From positions 1 to 64,000 of the forward strand of contig CAXNJO010000014.1 in assembly GCA_964202905.1 (NCBI GenBank): DNA of 64,000 nt, written 5' to 3'. The stretch comes from Polyangiales bacterium (GTDB lineage Bacteria > Myxococcota_A > Polyangia > Polyangiales > JADJQN01). Numbering within the stretch: the stretch's first letter is position 1; every line of letters begins with the position of its first letter. Both the position numbers and the translations under genes were made by a program. Below are positions 30,414-42,858 of the stretch, in pieces. The notes beneath the pieces are model-generated. The model worked only from the letters and a program-made list of their open reading frames with translations, did not search any database and was not told where the DNA came from.

Positions 30414-30635
30414 TCAACCGAACCGTACTTCGATCCTCGCCTCGGACGGCTGATAAACGGAAAGTGACACCAGTACTCGATCCCCGGGGATAACCTTCAC
30501 GGTCGCTCTCCGAGCCGCCGCTCCCATCGACGCGGTCACCCTGCGCCCATCCGAGAGCGCCACCAAGTACAAGCCTTGGGCGGCTGCGCTGACGACGACT
30601 CCTTCGGACTGTTTTCGTGAACTCTCCGCCGCCAT
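30414..30635 (-). CDS. infA: Translation initiation factor IF-1-like, divergent
   Basis: Canonical position (adk-X-rpmJ), 73 aa, EGVVV..VIPGDRVLVSLSVY..ARI.VR. Confidence 0.75.
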   Translation of the reverse strand: MAAESSRKQSEGVVVSAAAQGLYLVALSDGRRVTASMGAAARRATVKVIPGDRVLVSLSVYQPSEARIEVRFG

Positions 30636-30653
30636 GTTCCGCCGGCCTAGCCC

Positions 30654-31298
30654 TCAGCCGCCGACCGCCGCTTGAATTCGCCGCGTCACCTCGTCGAGGC
30701 CGCCCACTCCGTTCACTGCTGCCACGAGGCCGCGCGAACCATAATAATCTAGCAGCGGCGCAGTATTCTCCAGATATTCTTGATGCCGCTTCCGGATGAC
30801 CGTCTCGTGGTCGTCCTTCCGCTGGGCGAGATCGCCACCGCATACGCCGCAGCGTCCGTCCGAGGGGGGAGCACTATAGCGCACGTGGTAGACCTGTCCA
30901 CAGGCGATACAGCTGCGACGCCCGGTGATGCGATCTATCTGCTCGTCAAGGCTGACTTCTATCGAAACGACCCGTTCAATCGCCCGGCCAAGACGAGCGA
31001 GCATCACGTCCAGGGACCCGGCCTGCGGCACCGTCCGAGGATACCCGTCGAAGATGGCCCCACGGGAGGCATCCGGCCGGACGAGGCGATGCTCAACGAG
31101 CTCGAGCACGACCTCATCCGGCACCAACCGCCCGGCAGACATGTACCCCTCGAAACGTGCGCCGAGTTCACTTCCCGACGCACGCTCCGCGCGCATCATA
31201 TCTCCCGTCGAGATCTGAGGAACGCCAAGCGTTTCCACCAATCGCTTAGCCTGAGTGCCCTTCCCAGCACCCGGCGGGCCGAACAGAACGAGGTCCAC
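30654..31298 (-). CDS. adk: Adenylate kinase (Zn-lid)
   Basis: GPPGAGKGTQA, ISTGDM, DGYPR, CxxC..CxxC lid. Confidence 0.97.
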   Translation of the reverse strand: MDLVLFGPPGAGKGTQAKRLVETLGVPQISTGDMMRAERASGSELGARFEGYMSAGRLVPDEVVLELVEHRLVRPDASRGAIFDGYPRTVPQAGSLDVMLARLGRAIERVVSIEVSLDEQIDRITGRRSCIACGQVYHVRYSAPPSDGRCGVCGGDLAQRKDDHETVIRKRHQEYLENTAPLLDYYGSRGLVAAVNGVGGLDEVTRRIQAAVGG

Positions 31299-31301
31299 GC
31301 G

Positions 31302-32615
31302 CTACGCCCGCCGACCGCGAATGCGCGGCCCCTTCGGTCCGGTCAGGCCCTCGTAATGCCGCGTGATCAGGTGCGACTCGATCTGCTGCACCGTGTCGAG
31401 CGCGACGCCCACCACGATCATGATCGAGGTGCCGCCGAAATAGAAAGGGACGTGGAAGTAGGACTGCAGCAGGGACGGCACCGTGCAGACCGCCGCGATG
31501 TAAATCGCGCCCCCGAAAGTGATCCGCGACACGCGACGGTCGATGTACTCGGCGGTCTGCTTCCCCGGTCGAACGCCCGGGATGAAGGCATTCTGCTTCT
31601 TGAGATTGTCTGCAACCTCGACGGGCTGGAATGTCACCGCCGTGTAGAAATATGCAAAAAACACGACCAGGACCACGAACAGGACGGTATATCGCCAATC
31701 ACCCGGATTGAGCACAGCTTGCAAAGCGTCCATTCCCGGGACATTGAAGTTCGCGAGCGTGTTCGGGAACATCAAAAGCGACGAGGCGAAAATTGGAGGA
31801 ATGACTCCTGCCATGTTCACCCGAAGCGGAAGGTGGGAGACCTGGCCTCCATACATCTTCCGACCGACCATCCTCTTCGCGTAGTGGATCGGAATCCGAA
31901 GTTGCCCCCGCTCGAAGAAAACGATGACGCCAATGACCGCGAGCGCGATGACCCCCACAAGCAACAGAGCGATGGGCTGAATCTGACCGATCTTGACTTG
32001 CTGGACCGTTTGGAAGAGCGCGTCCGGAAGACCGGCGACGATGCCCGCAAAGATGATCAGCGAAATTCCGTTGCCAATCCCGCGCTCGGTGATCTGCTCA
32101 CCAAGCCACATGATGAATGCGGTCCCGGTGGTGAGGGATACGACCGTCAGGAAATAGAAAGCCGGGCCGTGAAGAGTAACGACGTCGCCGTACTGAGATT
32201 CGCCGTTCAGACCCTCGAGCCACAACCCTATCCCTACCCCCTGAACGCAACTCAGGATGACCGTACCGTACCGGGTGTACTGGTTGATCTTTCGATTGCC
32301 AGCCTCGCCCTCTTTCCGCAACTCCGCCAACTGTGGAACGACGACGCTCATCAGTTGGAGAATGATGCTTGCGGAGACGTACGGCATGATACCGAGGGCG
32401 AAGATCGACATCTGCTCAAGGGCTCCCCCTGAGAACATGTTGAACATGCCCAGGAAGCTACCGCTGCTCGAGGAGACGATCTGCCGCATGACGTTGCGGT
32501 CAACGCCCGGGGTCGTGACGAAAATGCCTGCGCGATACACGGCAAGCAGCGCGAGCGTCCACCCGAGACGCCTCGTGAGCTCCGGAATCTTGAAAATGTT
32601 CGCGAAGGCGCTCAT
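31302..32615 (-). CDS. secY: Preprotein translocase SecY
   Basis: [43 protein letters not shown]. Confidence 0.98.
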   Translation of the reverse strand: MSAFANIFKIPELTRRLGWTLALLAVYRAGIFVTTPGVDRNVMRQIVSSSSGSFLGMFNMFSGGALEQMSIFALGIMPYVSASIILQLMSVVVPQLAELRKEGEAGNRKINQYTRYGTVILSCVQGVGIGLWLEGLNGESQYGDVVTLHGPAFYFLTVVSLTTGTAFIMWLGEQITERGIGNGISLIIFAGIVAGLPDALFQTVQQVKIGQIQPIALLLVGVIALAVIGVIVFFERGQLRIPIHYAKRMVGRKMYGGQVSHLPLRVNMAGVIPPIFASSLLMFPNTLANFNVPGMDALQAVLNPGDWRYTVLFVVLVVFFAYFYTAVTFQPVEVADNLKKQNAFIPGVRPGKQTAEYIDRRVSRITFGGAIYIAAVCTVPSLLQSYFHVPFYFGGTSIMIVVGVALDTVQQIESHLITRHYEGLTGPKGPRIRGRRA

Positions 32616-32660
32616 CGAAAATCGACCTCTGGAACGAGTCGGGAGGTAAAGCGCGAAGCG

Positions 32661-33155
32661 CTACTCAGCGCGCGGGGCGAGGGCGATGACCTCAGCCTTA
32701 CCGCCGGATTTCGCAATCTTGTCGAGCGCCGATTTGCTGAAGCCGTGGGCGCGAATGGTAAGAGGATGGACGAGTTCACCATCACCGAGCACCTTCACAC
32801 CATCGAAACGCCCGCGGACCAGCCTCTTCTCTCGTAGGGCCGTCGCGTCCACAACCGCGCCAGGCTGGAACATGGCGAGGTCGCTGAGATTGACCGTCGC
32901 AAGCTGACGGGCAAACGGATTCCAGAAACCCACCTTCGGCAGCCTGCGCTGGAGGGGCAGCTGCCCGCCCTCGAAGGCAAGCTTCGAGAATGCGCCAGGA
33001 TGCCGGGCCTTCTGTCCCTTTTGCCCCTTACCGGCAGTCTTCCCAAGACCCGAACCGGGCCCGCGTCCCTTGCGGCGCTTGGTCTTCACCGCACCAGGCG
33101 CAGGGCGCAGGCGCGACAGAATAGGAACGTAGGCCTGCGTCGTTTCGTCAGACAT
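32661..33155 (-). CDS. rplO: 50S ribosomal protein L15
   Basis: GRGPGSGLGKTAGKGQKGQ, FEGGQLPLQRRLPK. Confidence 0.97.
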   Translation of the reverse strand: MSDETTQAYVPILSRLRPAPGAVKTKRRKGRGPGSGLGKTAGKGQKGQKARHPGAFSKLAFEGGQLPLQRRLPKVGFWNPFARQLATVNLSDLAMFQPGAVVDATALREKRLVRGRFDGVKVLGDGELVHPLTIRAHGFSKSALDKIAKSGGKAEVIALAPRAE

Positions 33156-33351
33156 GACCGCCCCCATACCCGATGGTTTCCACCTTCACGAGATGCAGCA
33201 CCTTCTTGACCATGCCGCGAAAGGACGGGGTGTTGTCCACGACGACCGTCGAGTTCGGCCCCCGGAGCCCGAGCCCCTTCAACGTCAGGCGCTGAGAGGG
33301 AATCCGGCCAGCACCGCTGCGGACTTGGGTGACTTGAAGCTTGCTGGTCAT
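33148..33351 (-). CDS. rpmD: 50S ribosomal protein L30
   Basis: [20 protein letters not shown]. Confidence 0.95.
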   Translation of the reverse strand: MTSKLQVTQVRSGAGRIPSQRLTLKGLGLRGPNSTVVVDNTPSFRGMVKKVLHLVKVETIGYGGGHV

Positions 33352-33860
33352 GACCGACTCTCGACGATGTCTTCGACGGCACGGCCACGTCGACCGGCGA
33401 CATCCGCAACCGACTCAAGGCTCTGCAGCGCCGCGACGGTGGCGTGAACGACGTTGTGTGGATTGGAGGTGCCAAGAATTTTCGAGAGCACGTCGCGGAT
33501 ACCGGCAGCCTCCACGACGGCGCGAACCGCACCTCCAGCGATAACGCCCGTTCCTGCGGAGGCCGGCCGAAGGAGTACCTTACCCGCACCGAAATGACCG
33601 TCGACACGGTGCGGAATCGATGTCCCTACGAGTGGGACGCGGAAGATGTGCTTGCGCGCCTGCTCATTCCCCTTGCGGATGGCATCGGGGACCTCGTTCG
33701 CCTTGCCGAGCCCGACGCCCACGTGGCCCTTGCCGTCTCCAACAACGACGAGCGCGCTGAAGCTGAACCGTCGGCCGCCTTTAACTACCTTGGCCACGCG
33801 ATTGATGTGTACGACGCGCTCGGTGAGGTCCTCGAGCGTATTCGGATCGATGCCTGCCAT
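33348..33860 (-). CDS. rpsE: 30S ribosomal protein S5
   Basis: [22 protein letters not shown]. Confidence 0.98.
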   Translation of the reverse strand: MAGIDPNTLEDLTERVVHINRVAKVVKGGRRFSFSALVVVGDGKGHVGVGLGKANEVPDAIRKGNEQARKHIFRVPLVGTSIPHRVDGHFGAGKVLLRPASAGTGVIAGGAVRAVVEAAGIRDVLSKILGTSNPHNVVHATVAALQSLESVADVAGRRGRAVEDIVESRS

Positions 33861-33877
33861 CTTCTTGTTCCTTCCGC

Positions 33878-34240
33878 TCAGAACTCGAGGCCGGCCTCGC
33901 GGGCGGCATCAGCAAGGGCTTTAATTCGACCGTGGTAAAGGAAACCGTTGCGGTCGAAGACGACCTTCGCGACGCCCTGAACCTTGCAGGCCGCGGCGAC
34001 TGCCTTGCCAACTGCCCTCGCAGCGTCAGATTTTGTCCCCTCTGACATCCCGCCCTTCACGGCAGGCGTGAGGGTCGACATCTGAAGGAGCGTCGTCCCG
34101 GCTGCGTCGTCCACGAGCTGCGCATAGATATGCTTGGTGCTGCGGAAGACGCTGAGTCGAGGACGCTCCGCAGTGCCGGACATCTTCTTGCGGATACGCA
34201 GCTTCCGCTTTTGCCGCGATTCAATCTTGTCGTGCGCCAT
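33878..34240 (-). CDS. rplR: 50S ribosomal protein L18
   Basis: [28 protein letters not shown]. Confidence 0.98.
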   Translation of the reverse strand: MAHDKIESRQKRKLRIRKKMSGTAERPRLSVFRSTKHIYAQLVDDAAGTTLLQMSTLTPAVKGGMSEGTKSDAARAVGKAVAAACKVQGVAKVVFDRNGFLYHGRIKALADAAREAGLEF

Positions 34241-34330
34241 GTTCTCTCATCCTCCGCGCCACCCACCGGCTGGGTACGGCAAGCGATCCCGCGCGCTAGG
34301 GACTGGACACCACTCGGGCGACCGTCCGTT

Positions 34331-34945
34331 CTACTTCTTGCCGCCCTTGCCACCCGCTTTGCCCGCCTTCATCCGGACCTTCTCGCCGGTGAAGCGGACG
34401 CCCTTACCCTTGTAGGGCTCCGGCGGACGGAAGCTGCGAATTTTTGCGGCGATTTGACCGAGGAGTTCCTTGTCGTGGGACTCTAGGTGGAGGCGCGGCT
34501 TCTTCGTCCCGCCCTCGTCGATGGTTTCGACGCGTGCCTTGACATCAGCCGGCAGAACCAAATTCACCGGATGCGACAAGCCAAGTGCCAGGGTGAGGGC
34601 CTGACCCTTGAGCTCCGCTCGATAGCCGACGCCGACCAAATCGAGGGATACCGCGTACCCCTTCGACACGCCGTGAACCATGTTCTTCAGCAGCGCCCAG
34701 GTCAGCCCTTGGAGACGTGGCCCCTCCAGCGGTGCACTTGCCAGTACCTTGACGACCAGCGCACCGTTCTCAAGCGAAATTCCCACCTTGTCGGAGAACG
34801 AGCGCTCGCTCGAACCCTTAGGGCCCTTCACGGAGACGGAGGAACCACTCACAGTCGCTGTGACACCGGCCGGAACGACAATCGGACGCTTCCCGATACG
34901 CGACTGCCGCTGAGCCGCCGGGGTCTCCAGTGAGGCGCTCATCAC
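34331..34945 (-). CDS. rplF: 50S ribosomal protein L6
   Basis: SRIGKRPI, GVGYRA, RPPEPYKGKG. Confidence 0.97.
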   Translation of the reverse strand: MMSASLETPAAQRQSRIGKRPIVVPAGVTATVSGSSVSVKGPKGSSERSFSDKVGISLENGALVVKVLASAPLEGPRLQGLTWALLKNMVHGVSKGYAVSLDLVGVGYRAELKGQALTLALGLSHPVNLVLPADVKARVETIDEGGTKKPRLHLESHDKELLGQIAAKIRSFRPPEPYKGKGVRFTGEKVRMKAGKAGGKGGKK

Positions 34946-35334
34946 CAGACCTCGCAGAGAAGTTCGCCGCCCACTTTGGCGTGGCGTGCCTGTCTGTCCG
35001 TCATCACGCCCCGCGATGTCGACAGAATTGAGACTCCCATGCCGTTGTAGACGACTGGGATCCCATCGTAACTGACGTAGACGCGACGACCAGGCCGGCT
35101 GGTACGCCGAATCCCCGAGATCGCGCTCGTACGGTCGCGGCCGTACTTCAGGACGAGCGTCAATTTCCCGAAGTCCTCGTCCGAGACACGGACATCGGAA
35201 ATGTAGCCTTCCTGTTTGAGCAACTCGGCCACGCTCTTCTTGAGCTTCGAGAGCGGCATTTCGGTCCGGTCGAGGCGCGCCAAAGACGCATTCCGAATCC
35301 GGGAAAGCATGTCGGCGATCGGATCAGTCATCAT
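34942..35334 (-). CDS. rpsH: 30S ribosomal protein S8
   Basis: [31 protein letters not shown]. Confidence 0.98.
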   Translation of the reverse strand: MMTDPIADMLSRIRNASLARLDRTEMPLSKLKKSVAELLKQEGYISDVRVSDEDFGKLTLVLKYGRDRTSAISGIRRTSRPGRRVYVSYDGIPVVYNGMGVSILSTSRGVMTDRQARHAKVGGELLCEVW

Positions 35335-35346
35335 GACGAATGCCCC

Positions 35347-35532
35347 TCACCAGCTCGACTTGGTGACGCCCGGGACATCGCCCCGAAGCGCGAACTTGCG
35401 CAGGCAGAGCCTGCAGAGTTGGAACTTGCGGTAGAAGCCCCGGGGCCGCCCGCACACCTTGCACCGGTTCCTAACCCGCACCTGGAACTTCGGCGTCTTC
35501 TCCATCTTCGCGAACGCTTGCAGACGAGCCAT
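35347..35532 (-). CDS. rpsN: 30S ribosomal protein S14 type Z
   Basis: [26 protein letters not shown]. Confidence 0.97.
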   Translation of the reverse strand: MARLQAFAKMEKTPKFQVRVRNRCKVCGRPRGFYRKFQLCRLCLRKFALRGDVPGVTKSSW

Positions 35533-35535
35533 GGC

Positions 35536-36108
35536 TTAAGTCTCCGGCTGCGACTTGCGGAAGGGAAGGCCGAGATGCGCGAGAAGCGCCCGGCCATGGT
35601 CGTCCGACGCAGCAGTCGTGACGAAAGAAATGTTCATCCCCTTGATCTTGTCGATCTTGTCGTAGTCGATCTCGGGGAAAATAATCTGCTCGCGGATACC
35701 GAGCGAGTAGTTCCCCCGCCCATCAAAGGACTTCGACGAGATTCCCTTGAAGTCACGGACTCGGGGAAGCCCGAAGCTGACAAGACGGTCAACGAAGTCC
35801 CACATGCGATCGCGGCGCAACGTCACCATGACGCCGATGGGCATGTTCTCACGAAGCTTGAAGGTCGCGATGGACTTCTTGGCCCGTGTAATCACCGGCT
35901 TCTGCCCCGAGAGGGCCGCCATCTCGACGACAGCGCTGTCGATGATCTTCGCGTTTTGAACCGCGTCCCCAAGTCCCATGTTCAACACCACCTTCTGTAG
36001 GCGGGGAACCTGCATGGGGTTCGTGAGAGCCAGTTCTTTCATCAGCGCCGGCACAACCTGTGTCCGGTAGCGGGTCTGCAAACGTGAAACGTACTCACCC
36101 ATGGTCAT
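35536..36108 (-). CDS. rplE: 50S ribosomal protein L5
   Basis: [33 protein letters not shown]. Confidence 0.98.
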   Translation of the reverse strand: MTMGEYVSRLQTRYRTQVVPALMKELALTNPMQVPRLQKVVLNMGLGDAVQNAKIIDSAVVEMAALSGQKPVITRAKKSIATFKLRENMPIGVMVTLRRDRMWDFVDRLVSFGLPRVRDFKGISSKSFDGRGNYSLGIREQIIFPEIDYDKIDKIKGMNISFVTTAASDDHGRALLAHLGLPFRKSQPET

Positions 36109-36250
36109 CGCCTCTTTGGCCTGTAAGGCACCTGCCACCAGGGTTCCTCGCCGGAGGGTACCCCGCCTGCTGCCCGCTCAGCCCGTTCGCTTTCGAGTTG
36201 GACCAGACCGAATCTGGCCTTCGCTGTTGGCCTCGGTGAGGCCGCTATCG

Positions 36251-36571
36251 TCAGCCGTCGAGAAGCGTCCCCGACTTCACGCCAATGCGAACCTTCTTGC
36301 CGTCCTTGTCGAGCCCCGTCTTCACACGAGTCGGCTTGTCGGTCTTAGTGTCGAGGAGCATGACCTTGGAGGCGTCGAGCGCGGCCTCTTTCTCGATGAT
36401 CCCGCCCTCGCGATTCTTCGGGGTCGGCTTCGTGTGGCGCTTGACCTTGTTCACGCCCTCCACGACGACCTTGCCGGCCTCGGGCAGGACGCGCAACACG
36501 CGCCCCCGCTCACCCTTGCTCTTCCCGGAGATGACGACGACCAAGTCGTCCTTCTTGATCCGCAGGGACAT
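36251..36571 (-). CDS. rplX: 50S ribosomal protein L24
   Basis: IKKDD.VVVISGK.KG, VEGVNKVKRH. Confidence 0.97.
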   Translation of the reverse strand: MSLRIKKDDLVVVISGKSKGERGRVLRVLPEAGKVVVEGVNKVKRHTKPTPKNREGGIIEKEAALDASKVMLLDTKTDKPTRVKTGLDKDGKKVRIGVKSGTLLDG

Positions 36572-36939
36572 CAGACGACCTCTGGAGCAAGCGAGATGAT
36601 CTTCATGAACTTCTTGCCGCGGAGTTCACGCGCCACTGGCCCGAAAATGCGAGTCCCAATCGGCTCCGACTGCGCGTTCACCAACACGACGCTGTTCGCG
36701 TCGAACTTGATGTAGCTTCCGTCGGGGCGGAGATACTCGCGCCTCGTCCGCACCACGACAGCCTTGGCGACTTCGCCCTTCTTCACCTTGGCCGTCGGAA
36801 GAGCCTCTTTGACGGCGACGACGATGACGTCCCCAAGCCCCGCGTAACGGCGGCGAGAGCCACCGAGGACCTTGATGCACATCACTCGCTTGGCGCCACT
36901 GTTGTCAGCGACGTCGAGTTCGGTCTCTGTCTGGATCAC
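36571..36939 (-). CDS. rplN: 50S ribosomal protein L14
   Basis: [20 protein letters not shown]. Confidence 0.98.
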   Translation of the reverse strand: MIQTETELDVADNSGAKRVMCIKVLGGSRRRYAGLGDVIVVAVKEALPTAKVKKGEVAKAVVVRTRREYLRPDGSYIKFDANSVVLVNAQSEPIGTRIFGPVARELRGKKFMKIISLAPEVV

Positions 36940-36940
36940 G

Positions 36941-37255
36941 TCAGACCTCCTCGGGACGTTCGACGAGACGGATGGCTACCCACCGCTTCGTGCGCGAAAG
37001 CGGGCGCGACTCCCGGATCTCCACGACATCGCGCGTCTTGTATTCGTTCTTCTCGTCGTGCGCGTGATACTTCGCGCGACGCTTCACGTACTTGCCGTAG
37101 ACGGGGTCTCGGTAACGCCGGACGACCTCCACGACGATCGTCTTCTGCGTGCGGCCGGGCGACTCGGTGTCGTTGACCACGCGGCCTACCAACAAGCGCC
37201 GAGCGCCACGCTCGACCGCCTCGGAGTTAACCGGGCTCTTCGGGGTAGTCGCCAT
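36941..37255 (-). CDS. rpsQ: 30S ribosomal protein S17
   Basis: [22 protein letters not shown]. Confidence 0.96.
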   Translation of the reverse strand: MATTPKSPVNSEAVERGARRLLVGRVVNDTESPGRTQKTIVVEVVRRYRDPVYGKYVKRRAKYHAHDEKNEYKTRDVVEIRESRPLSRTKRWVAIRLVERPEEV

Positions 37256-37257
37256 GG

Positions 37258-37455
37258 TCAGACCTTCTCCGTCGCGCGTTGCGTTAGCACAGTCTTCACG
37301 CGTGCGACATCACGGCGCAGTCGACTTACCTTCCCGGTGTCGTCGAGCTGGTTGGTGTGGTTGTCGAAGCGGGACTTCCACAGCTGACGCGCGAGATCCT
37401 TCTCGAGCTCACGCAGGTCCTCCGTCGTCCGCTCACGAATTTCCGACGGCTTCAT
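37258..37455 (-). CDS. rpmC: 50S ribosomal protein L29
   Basis: [18 protein letters not shown]; canonical position. Confidence 0.95.
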   Translation of the reverse strand: MKPSEIRERTTEDLRELEKDLARQLWKSRFDNHTNQLDDTGKVSRLRRDVARVKTVLTQRATEKV

Positions 37456-37868
37456 AGTTCGTTACTCCGCGACATGAACTTGGCGGCAACCGGCAGCTTG
37501 TGGCCAGCGAGGCGGAACGCTTCGCGAGCAGTCTCCTCAGAGACCCCCTGGATCTCGAACATCACGCGACCAGGGAGGATGACCGCGACGTAACCCTCGA
37601 CGGCTCCCTTGCCGGAGCCCATTCGCGTCTCGAGTGGCTTCTTCGTAATCGGCTTGTCGGGGAAAATACGAATGAAGAGCTTGCCCGCACGCTTCACATG
37701 GCGCTGGATTGCCATGCGAGCGGCCTCGATCTGTCTCGAGGTGACCCAACCGGGCTCCAGAGCTTGAAGGGCGAAGTCTCCGAAGGAGATGTCTGACCCG
37801 CGCATTGCGATGCCGGACGTGCGGCCCTTCATCGCCTTGCGGTATTTGGTGCGCTTGGGCTGCAGCAT
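37452..37868 (-). CDS. rplP: 50S ribosomal protein L16
   Basis: [18 protein letters not shown]. Confidence 0.98.
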   Translation of the reverse strand: MLQPKRTKYRKAMKGRTSGIAMRGSDISFGDFALQALEPGWVTSRQIEAARMAIQRHVKRAGKLFIRIFPDKPITKKPLETRMGSGKGAVEGYVAVILPGRVMFEIQGVSEETAREAFRLAGHKLPVAAKFMSRSNEL

Positions 37869-37871
37869 GAC

Positions 37872-38540
37872 TCAGCTCCTCGAAGACTGGACGGACCCGG
37901 CGCGCCGACGGCGCTGGGGGAGAATCTCGCCCTTGAAGATCCAGCACTTGACACCGATGGTCCCGTACGTGGTCTTCGCGGTCGCCGTTCCGAATTCAAT
38001 GTCGGCGCGAAGCGTGTGGAGCGGAACGCGGCCCTCCCGGTAGCCCTCGTGCCGCGCGATCTCAGCTCCGCCAAGCCGCCCACCCGCGAAAACGCGGATG
38101 CCCTTGGCCCCGAACTTCATCGCCGTCTGAACGGCCTTCTTCATCGCACGTCGGAACGCCACACGACGCTCGAGCTGGGTCGCGATATTCTCTGCGACGA
38201 GCTGGGCATTGGTCTCCGCCTTGCGAACCTCTTGAATGTCGATGAACAGCTCGTTGCTGGTGAGCTTCTGGAGCTCCGCCTTGAGCTGCTCGACTCCCGC
38301 GCCGCGCTTGCCGATCACGATGCCGGGACGCGATGTGGAGATCACCACCTTCGCCTTGTTGGCTGCGCGCTCGATCTCCACTCCGGCAATGCCAGCGTGC
38401 GCGAACTTCGTCCGAATGGCCTCCTTCAGCCGGAGGTCTTCATGGAGCCAGCGCGAATACTGCTTGTCCTCGTACCACTTCGACGTCCACGTCTTGATGA
38501 CGCCCAGTCGGAAGCCATACGGATGAGTCTTCTGTCCCAT
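37872..38540 (-). CDS. rpsC: 30S ribosomal protein S3
   Basis: [25 protein letters not shown]. Confidence 0.98.
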   Translation of the reverse strand: MGQKTHPYGFRLGVIKTWTSKWYEDKQYSRWLHEDLRLKEAIRTKFAHAGIAGVEIERAANKAKVVISTSRPGIVIGKRGAGVEQLKAELQKLTSNELFIDIQEVRKAETNAQLVAENIATQLERRVAFRRAMKKAVQTAMKFGAKGIRVFAGGRLGGAEIARHEGYREGRVPLHTLRADIEFGTATAKTTYGTIGVKCWIFKGEILPQRRRRAGSVQSSRS

Positions 38541-38544
38541 GGTC

Positions 38545-38895
38545 TCAGGCCTCTGCTCGGTCGGCGACGACGAGGGTGATGTGGCTGACGCCCTTTTGGA
38601 TCTGGGTGGCGCGGCCCATGGCGCGGGGGCGCCAGCGTCGCATCGTCCCGTTCGGAGCCTTGTCCGCGAAGATCGTCTTCACGAACAAGGTGTCGAGATC
38701 GAGGTTCTCGTTCTTCTCACGGGCGTTGGCGATGGCGCTGTCGAGCAGCTTTGCCATGAGACCCGCGGCCGCCTTGCGCGTGAACTTGAGCTCGTTCACC
38801 GCCTGAACGACATTCTTGCCGCGCACGAGATTCGCAATTGTCCGCGCCTTACGCGGCGAAATACGTGCGAAACGTGCGATTGCCTTGGCTTCCAT
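38545..38895 (-). CDS. rplV: 50S ribosomal protein L22
   Basis: [21 protein letters not shown]. Confidence 0.97.
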   Translation of the reverse strand: MEAKAIARFARISPRKARTIANLVRGKNVVQAVNELKFTRKAAAGLMAKLLDSAIANAREKNENLDLDTLFVKTIFADKAPNGTMRRWRPRAMGRATQIQKGVSHITLVVADRAEA

Positions 38896-39015
38896 GATGC
38901 TCACGCTGCCTGCCTCGGCGACTCGGCGAGGCGAAAAAGGCCCTTCGAGAAAGGGGCGCGCGATCTAGCACGCGCCCCGATGATGCTCAAGTTGGATCCG
39001 CGCGATCGACAACGA

Positions 39016-39318
39016 TCAGCGCTTGCCGGTGGTCGAGTTGACCTTTTTGCCGGCTTTCTTGTCCGCCGCGTGACCGTGGAAGGTGCGCGTCGGAGCGAAC
39101 TCGCCGAGCTTGTGCCCGACCATGTTCTCCGTGACGAAAACCGTCACGAACTTGCGGCCGTTGTGGACCGCGAACGTGAGCCCGATAAAGTCCGGGGTCA
39201 CGGTGGAACGGCGCGACCAGGTCTTCAGGACCTTGCGGTCTTTGGTCCGGACGGCGTCATCCACCTTCTTCGCGAGGTGGGCATCGACGAACGGGCCCTT
39301 CTTGATAGAACGTGCCAT
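39016..39318 (-). CDS. rpsS: 30S ribosomal protein S19
   Basis: [21 protein letters not shown]. Confidence 0.98.
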   Translation of the reverse strand: MARSIKKGPFVDAHLAKKVDDAVRTKDRKVLKTWSRRSTVTPDFIGLTFAVHNGRKFVTVFVTENMVGHKLGEFAPTRTFHGHAADKKAGKKVNSTTGKR

Positions 39319-39357
39319 CTCAGAACCCTCTCCGGAGAATACGTACGCTGACCATGG

Positions 39358-40185
39358 TCACTTCTTGCCGCGCGGTTTGACGATGAATTTGCTCGTCGTC
39401 TTGTTGGTGCGGGTCTTGAGGCCCTTGGAGAGCTGACCCCACGGCGAACACGGGTGGCGACCACCAGAGGTGCGGCCCTCGCCGCCGCCCATCGGGTGGT
39501 CGACGGGGTTCATGGAGACGCCGCGGTTGTGAGGCCGACGGCCCAACCAGCGCGAGCGACCGGCCTTGCCGAGGCTGACCCGAGCGTGTTCGATGTTCGA
39601 GACCTGACCGATGGACGCCCGGCAATTCAGGTGCACCATTCGCACTTCGCCCGACGGGAGGCGGAGCTGAGCGTACTCCCCATCCTTGGCCATCAGCTGC
39701 GCGGCGGTGCCGGCCGAGCGGACCAACTGCGCGCCCTTCCCGATCTTGAGCTCGACGGCATGCACCATCGTGCCGAGCGGGATGTAGCGAAGCGGCATCG
39801 CGTTGCCGGGCTTGATGTCGGCATTCCTCGAGGAGACGACGGTGTCACCGGCCTTCAACCCATCGGGTGCCAGGACGTAGGCTTTTGTCCCGTCGACGTA
39901 GTGAAGCAATGCGATGCGGGCCGACCGGCATGGATCATACTGGATCGAGTCCACCGCCGCCGGAATTCCGATGCGGTTGCGCTTGAAGTCGATGACGCGA
40001 TAACGTTGCTTGTGACCGCCCCCGCGAAAACGGGAGGTGATGAGTCCGCGGCTATTGCGGCCCGCGCTGACCTTCAGCGCCTCTGTGAGACGCTTCTCCG
40101 GGGCCTTCTTGGCAAGGTCGGAGAAATCAGCGTTCTCGTAGTACCGGCGTGCCGGTGAGGTGGGCTTGAATTTCTTGACAGCCAT
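39358..40185 (-). CDS. rplB: 50S ribosomal protein L2
   Basis: [27 protein letters not shown]. Confidence 0.98.
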   Translation of the reverse strand: MAVKKFKPTSPARRYYENADFSDLAKKAPEKRLTEALKVSAGRNSRGLITSRFRGGGHKQRYRVIDFKRNRIGIPAAVDSIQYDPCRSARIALLHYVDGTKAYVLAPDGLKAGDTVVSSRNADIKPGNAMPLRYIPLGTMVHAVELKIGKGAQLVRSAGTAAQLMAKDGEYAQLRLPSGEVRMVHLNCRASIGQVSNIEHARVSLGKAGRSRWLGRRPHNRGVSMNPVDHPMGGGEGRTSGGRHPCSPWGQLSKGLKTRTNKTTSKFIVKPRGKK

Positions 40186-40188
40186 GGC

Positions 40189-40479
40189 TCAGGCTCCCTC
40201 GAAGAACTCGATCTTGTCGCCCGACTTGAGCTCCACGATCGCCTTCTTCCAGTTCTGGGTCTTCGCGTGCCCGCGACCCATACGACGCATGCGTCCCCGC
40301 ACGATCATCGTGTGAACCTCGACCACGCCGACGCTGAAGAGAACCTCCACAGCGTGCTTGATTTCGACTTTGTTTGCGCGGCGGTCCACCTCGAAGAGGT
40401 ACTTGTTGTCCTGCTCGCGCAGGACGTTCCCCTTCTCGGTGAGGACCAGCGGACGCTTGATGACCTGTTCGGGGCTCAT
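40189..40479 (-). CDS. rplW: 50S ribosomal protein L23
   Basis: PLVLTEK, ANKVEIK.AVE, WKKAIV. Confidence 0.97.
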   Translation of the reverse strand: MSPEQVIKRPLVLTEKGNVLREQDNKYLFEVDRRANKVEIKHAVEVLFSVGVVEVHTMIVRGRMRRMGRGHAKTQNWKKAIVELKSGDKIEFFEGA

Positions 40480-40528
40480 GACGATTTCCTGGTCATTCGG
40501 GCTACTGACGGGCTACGGGTCGAACTGC

Positions 40529-41161
40529 TCAGGCGGACTTCTGGATACGCTCGACGAGCGCATCGACAGCGTGCTTCGTAAGCACAAGATGCTCATGCCG
40601 GAGGAGATCGTAGAGGTTCACACCCTCGGGCGGCAGGAACTGGTGAGTGTCGAGGTTGCGGGCCGAGAGCCGTAGCTTCTCGTTGTCCTTCTGATCGACG
40701 ATCAGGGAGCCTTTCGCGACCTTCAGCGCCGCGAGCACGGCGGCGAGTGACTTGGTCTTCGCCTCGTCGAGGGCGAACGTGTCCACCACGGTCAGCCGCC
40801 CCTCCTTGAGCTTGAGAGAGAGCGCGCTTCGGAGAGCGCCCGCGCGCATCTTCGCGGGCGGACGGTACGCATAGCTGCGCGGCTTGGGACCGTGCTGCTG
40901 GCCGCCTCCGACGAAGTTGGGCGCGCGGATGGATCCGTGACGCCCCTGGCCGGTGCCCTTCTGCTTGTAGATCTTCTTCGACGAACCGGCGACCTCAGAG
41001 CGGGTCTTCGTGTTCGCCGAGCCACTGCGCCGGGAGGCCAGTTGCGCCTTGAGCACCTCGTAAAGGAGCGGCTCGTTCACGTCGGCACCGAAGACGTCGT
41101 CGACAAGGTCGATTTCGCCAACGCTTTCCGCGCGGAGATTGAAGACTTTCACTTTCGCCAT
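40529..41161 (-). CDS. rplD: 50S ribosomal protein L4
   Basis: [25 protein letters not shown]. Confidence 0.97.
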   Translation of the reverse strand: MAKVKVFNLRAESVGEIDLVDDVFGADVNEPLLYEVLKAQLASRRSGSANTKTRSEVAGSSKKIYKQKGTGQGRHGSIRAPNFVGGGQQHGPKPRSYAYRPPAKMRAGALRSALSLKLKEGRLTVVDTFALDEAKTKSLAAVLAALKVAKGSLIVDQKDNEKLRLSARNLDTHQFLPPEGVNLYDLLRHEHLVLTKHAVDALVERIQKSA

Positions 41162-41172
41162 GACCCGTCTCC

Positions 41173-41478
41173 TCAGCTCTTGATCTCGACGTCGACGCCA
41201 GCCGACAGGTCGAGTTTCATGAGCGCGTCGAGCGTCTGTTGCGTAGGGTCGAGGATGTCGAGGAGACGCTTGTGGGTCCGGATTTCGAACTGCTCGCGGC
41301 TCTTCTTGTCGACGTGGGGACCACGCAGCACGGTGTACTTGTTGATACGGGTCGGGAGGGGAATCGGGCCAGCCACGCGCGCGCCGGTGCGCTTCGCGGT
41401 GTCGACGATCTCCGAGGCCGACTGGTCGAGCAGGCGGTGGTCGTAAGCCTTGAGGCGGATGCGGATTTTGGTGGTCAT
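41173..41478 (-). CDS. rpsJ: 30S ribosomal protein S10
   Basis: [33 protein letters not shown]. Confidence 0.98.
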   Translation of the reverse strand: MTTKIRIRLKAYDHRLLDQSASEIVDTAKRTGARVAGPIPLPTRINKYTVLRGPHVDKKSREQFEIRTHKRLLDILDPTQQTLDALMKLDLSAGVDVEIKS

Positions 41479-41490
41479 CTCAGGCTCCGC

Positions 41491-42681
<1,191 letters not shown>

Positions 42682-42794
42682 GTGTCGGGTCTCCGGAGTT
42701 CCGAGGAGTTACGCGGACTGGGAAGTGAGGGCGGGCATCGGCGCGGCGGGCGGAGCGAGGATGGGCAGTGCGGTGATTGGCTGGCGCCGGACGC

Positions 42795-42858
42795 AAGAAA
42801 ACCCCCTCCGGCCACCCTGCCGATCACTTTCGGATCGTGCATCTCCCGGAGAGGGTTT
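42795..42858 (-). terminator. Branched stem-loop with U-tract between rpsG and tuf
   Basis: Minus strand AAACCCTCTCCGG...CCGGAGGGGGTTT 13-bp stem, inner CGATC/GATCG hairpin, ending TTTTCTT. Confidence 0.55.
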
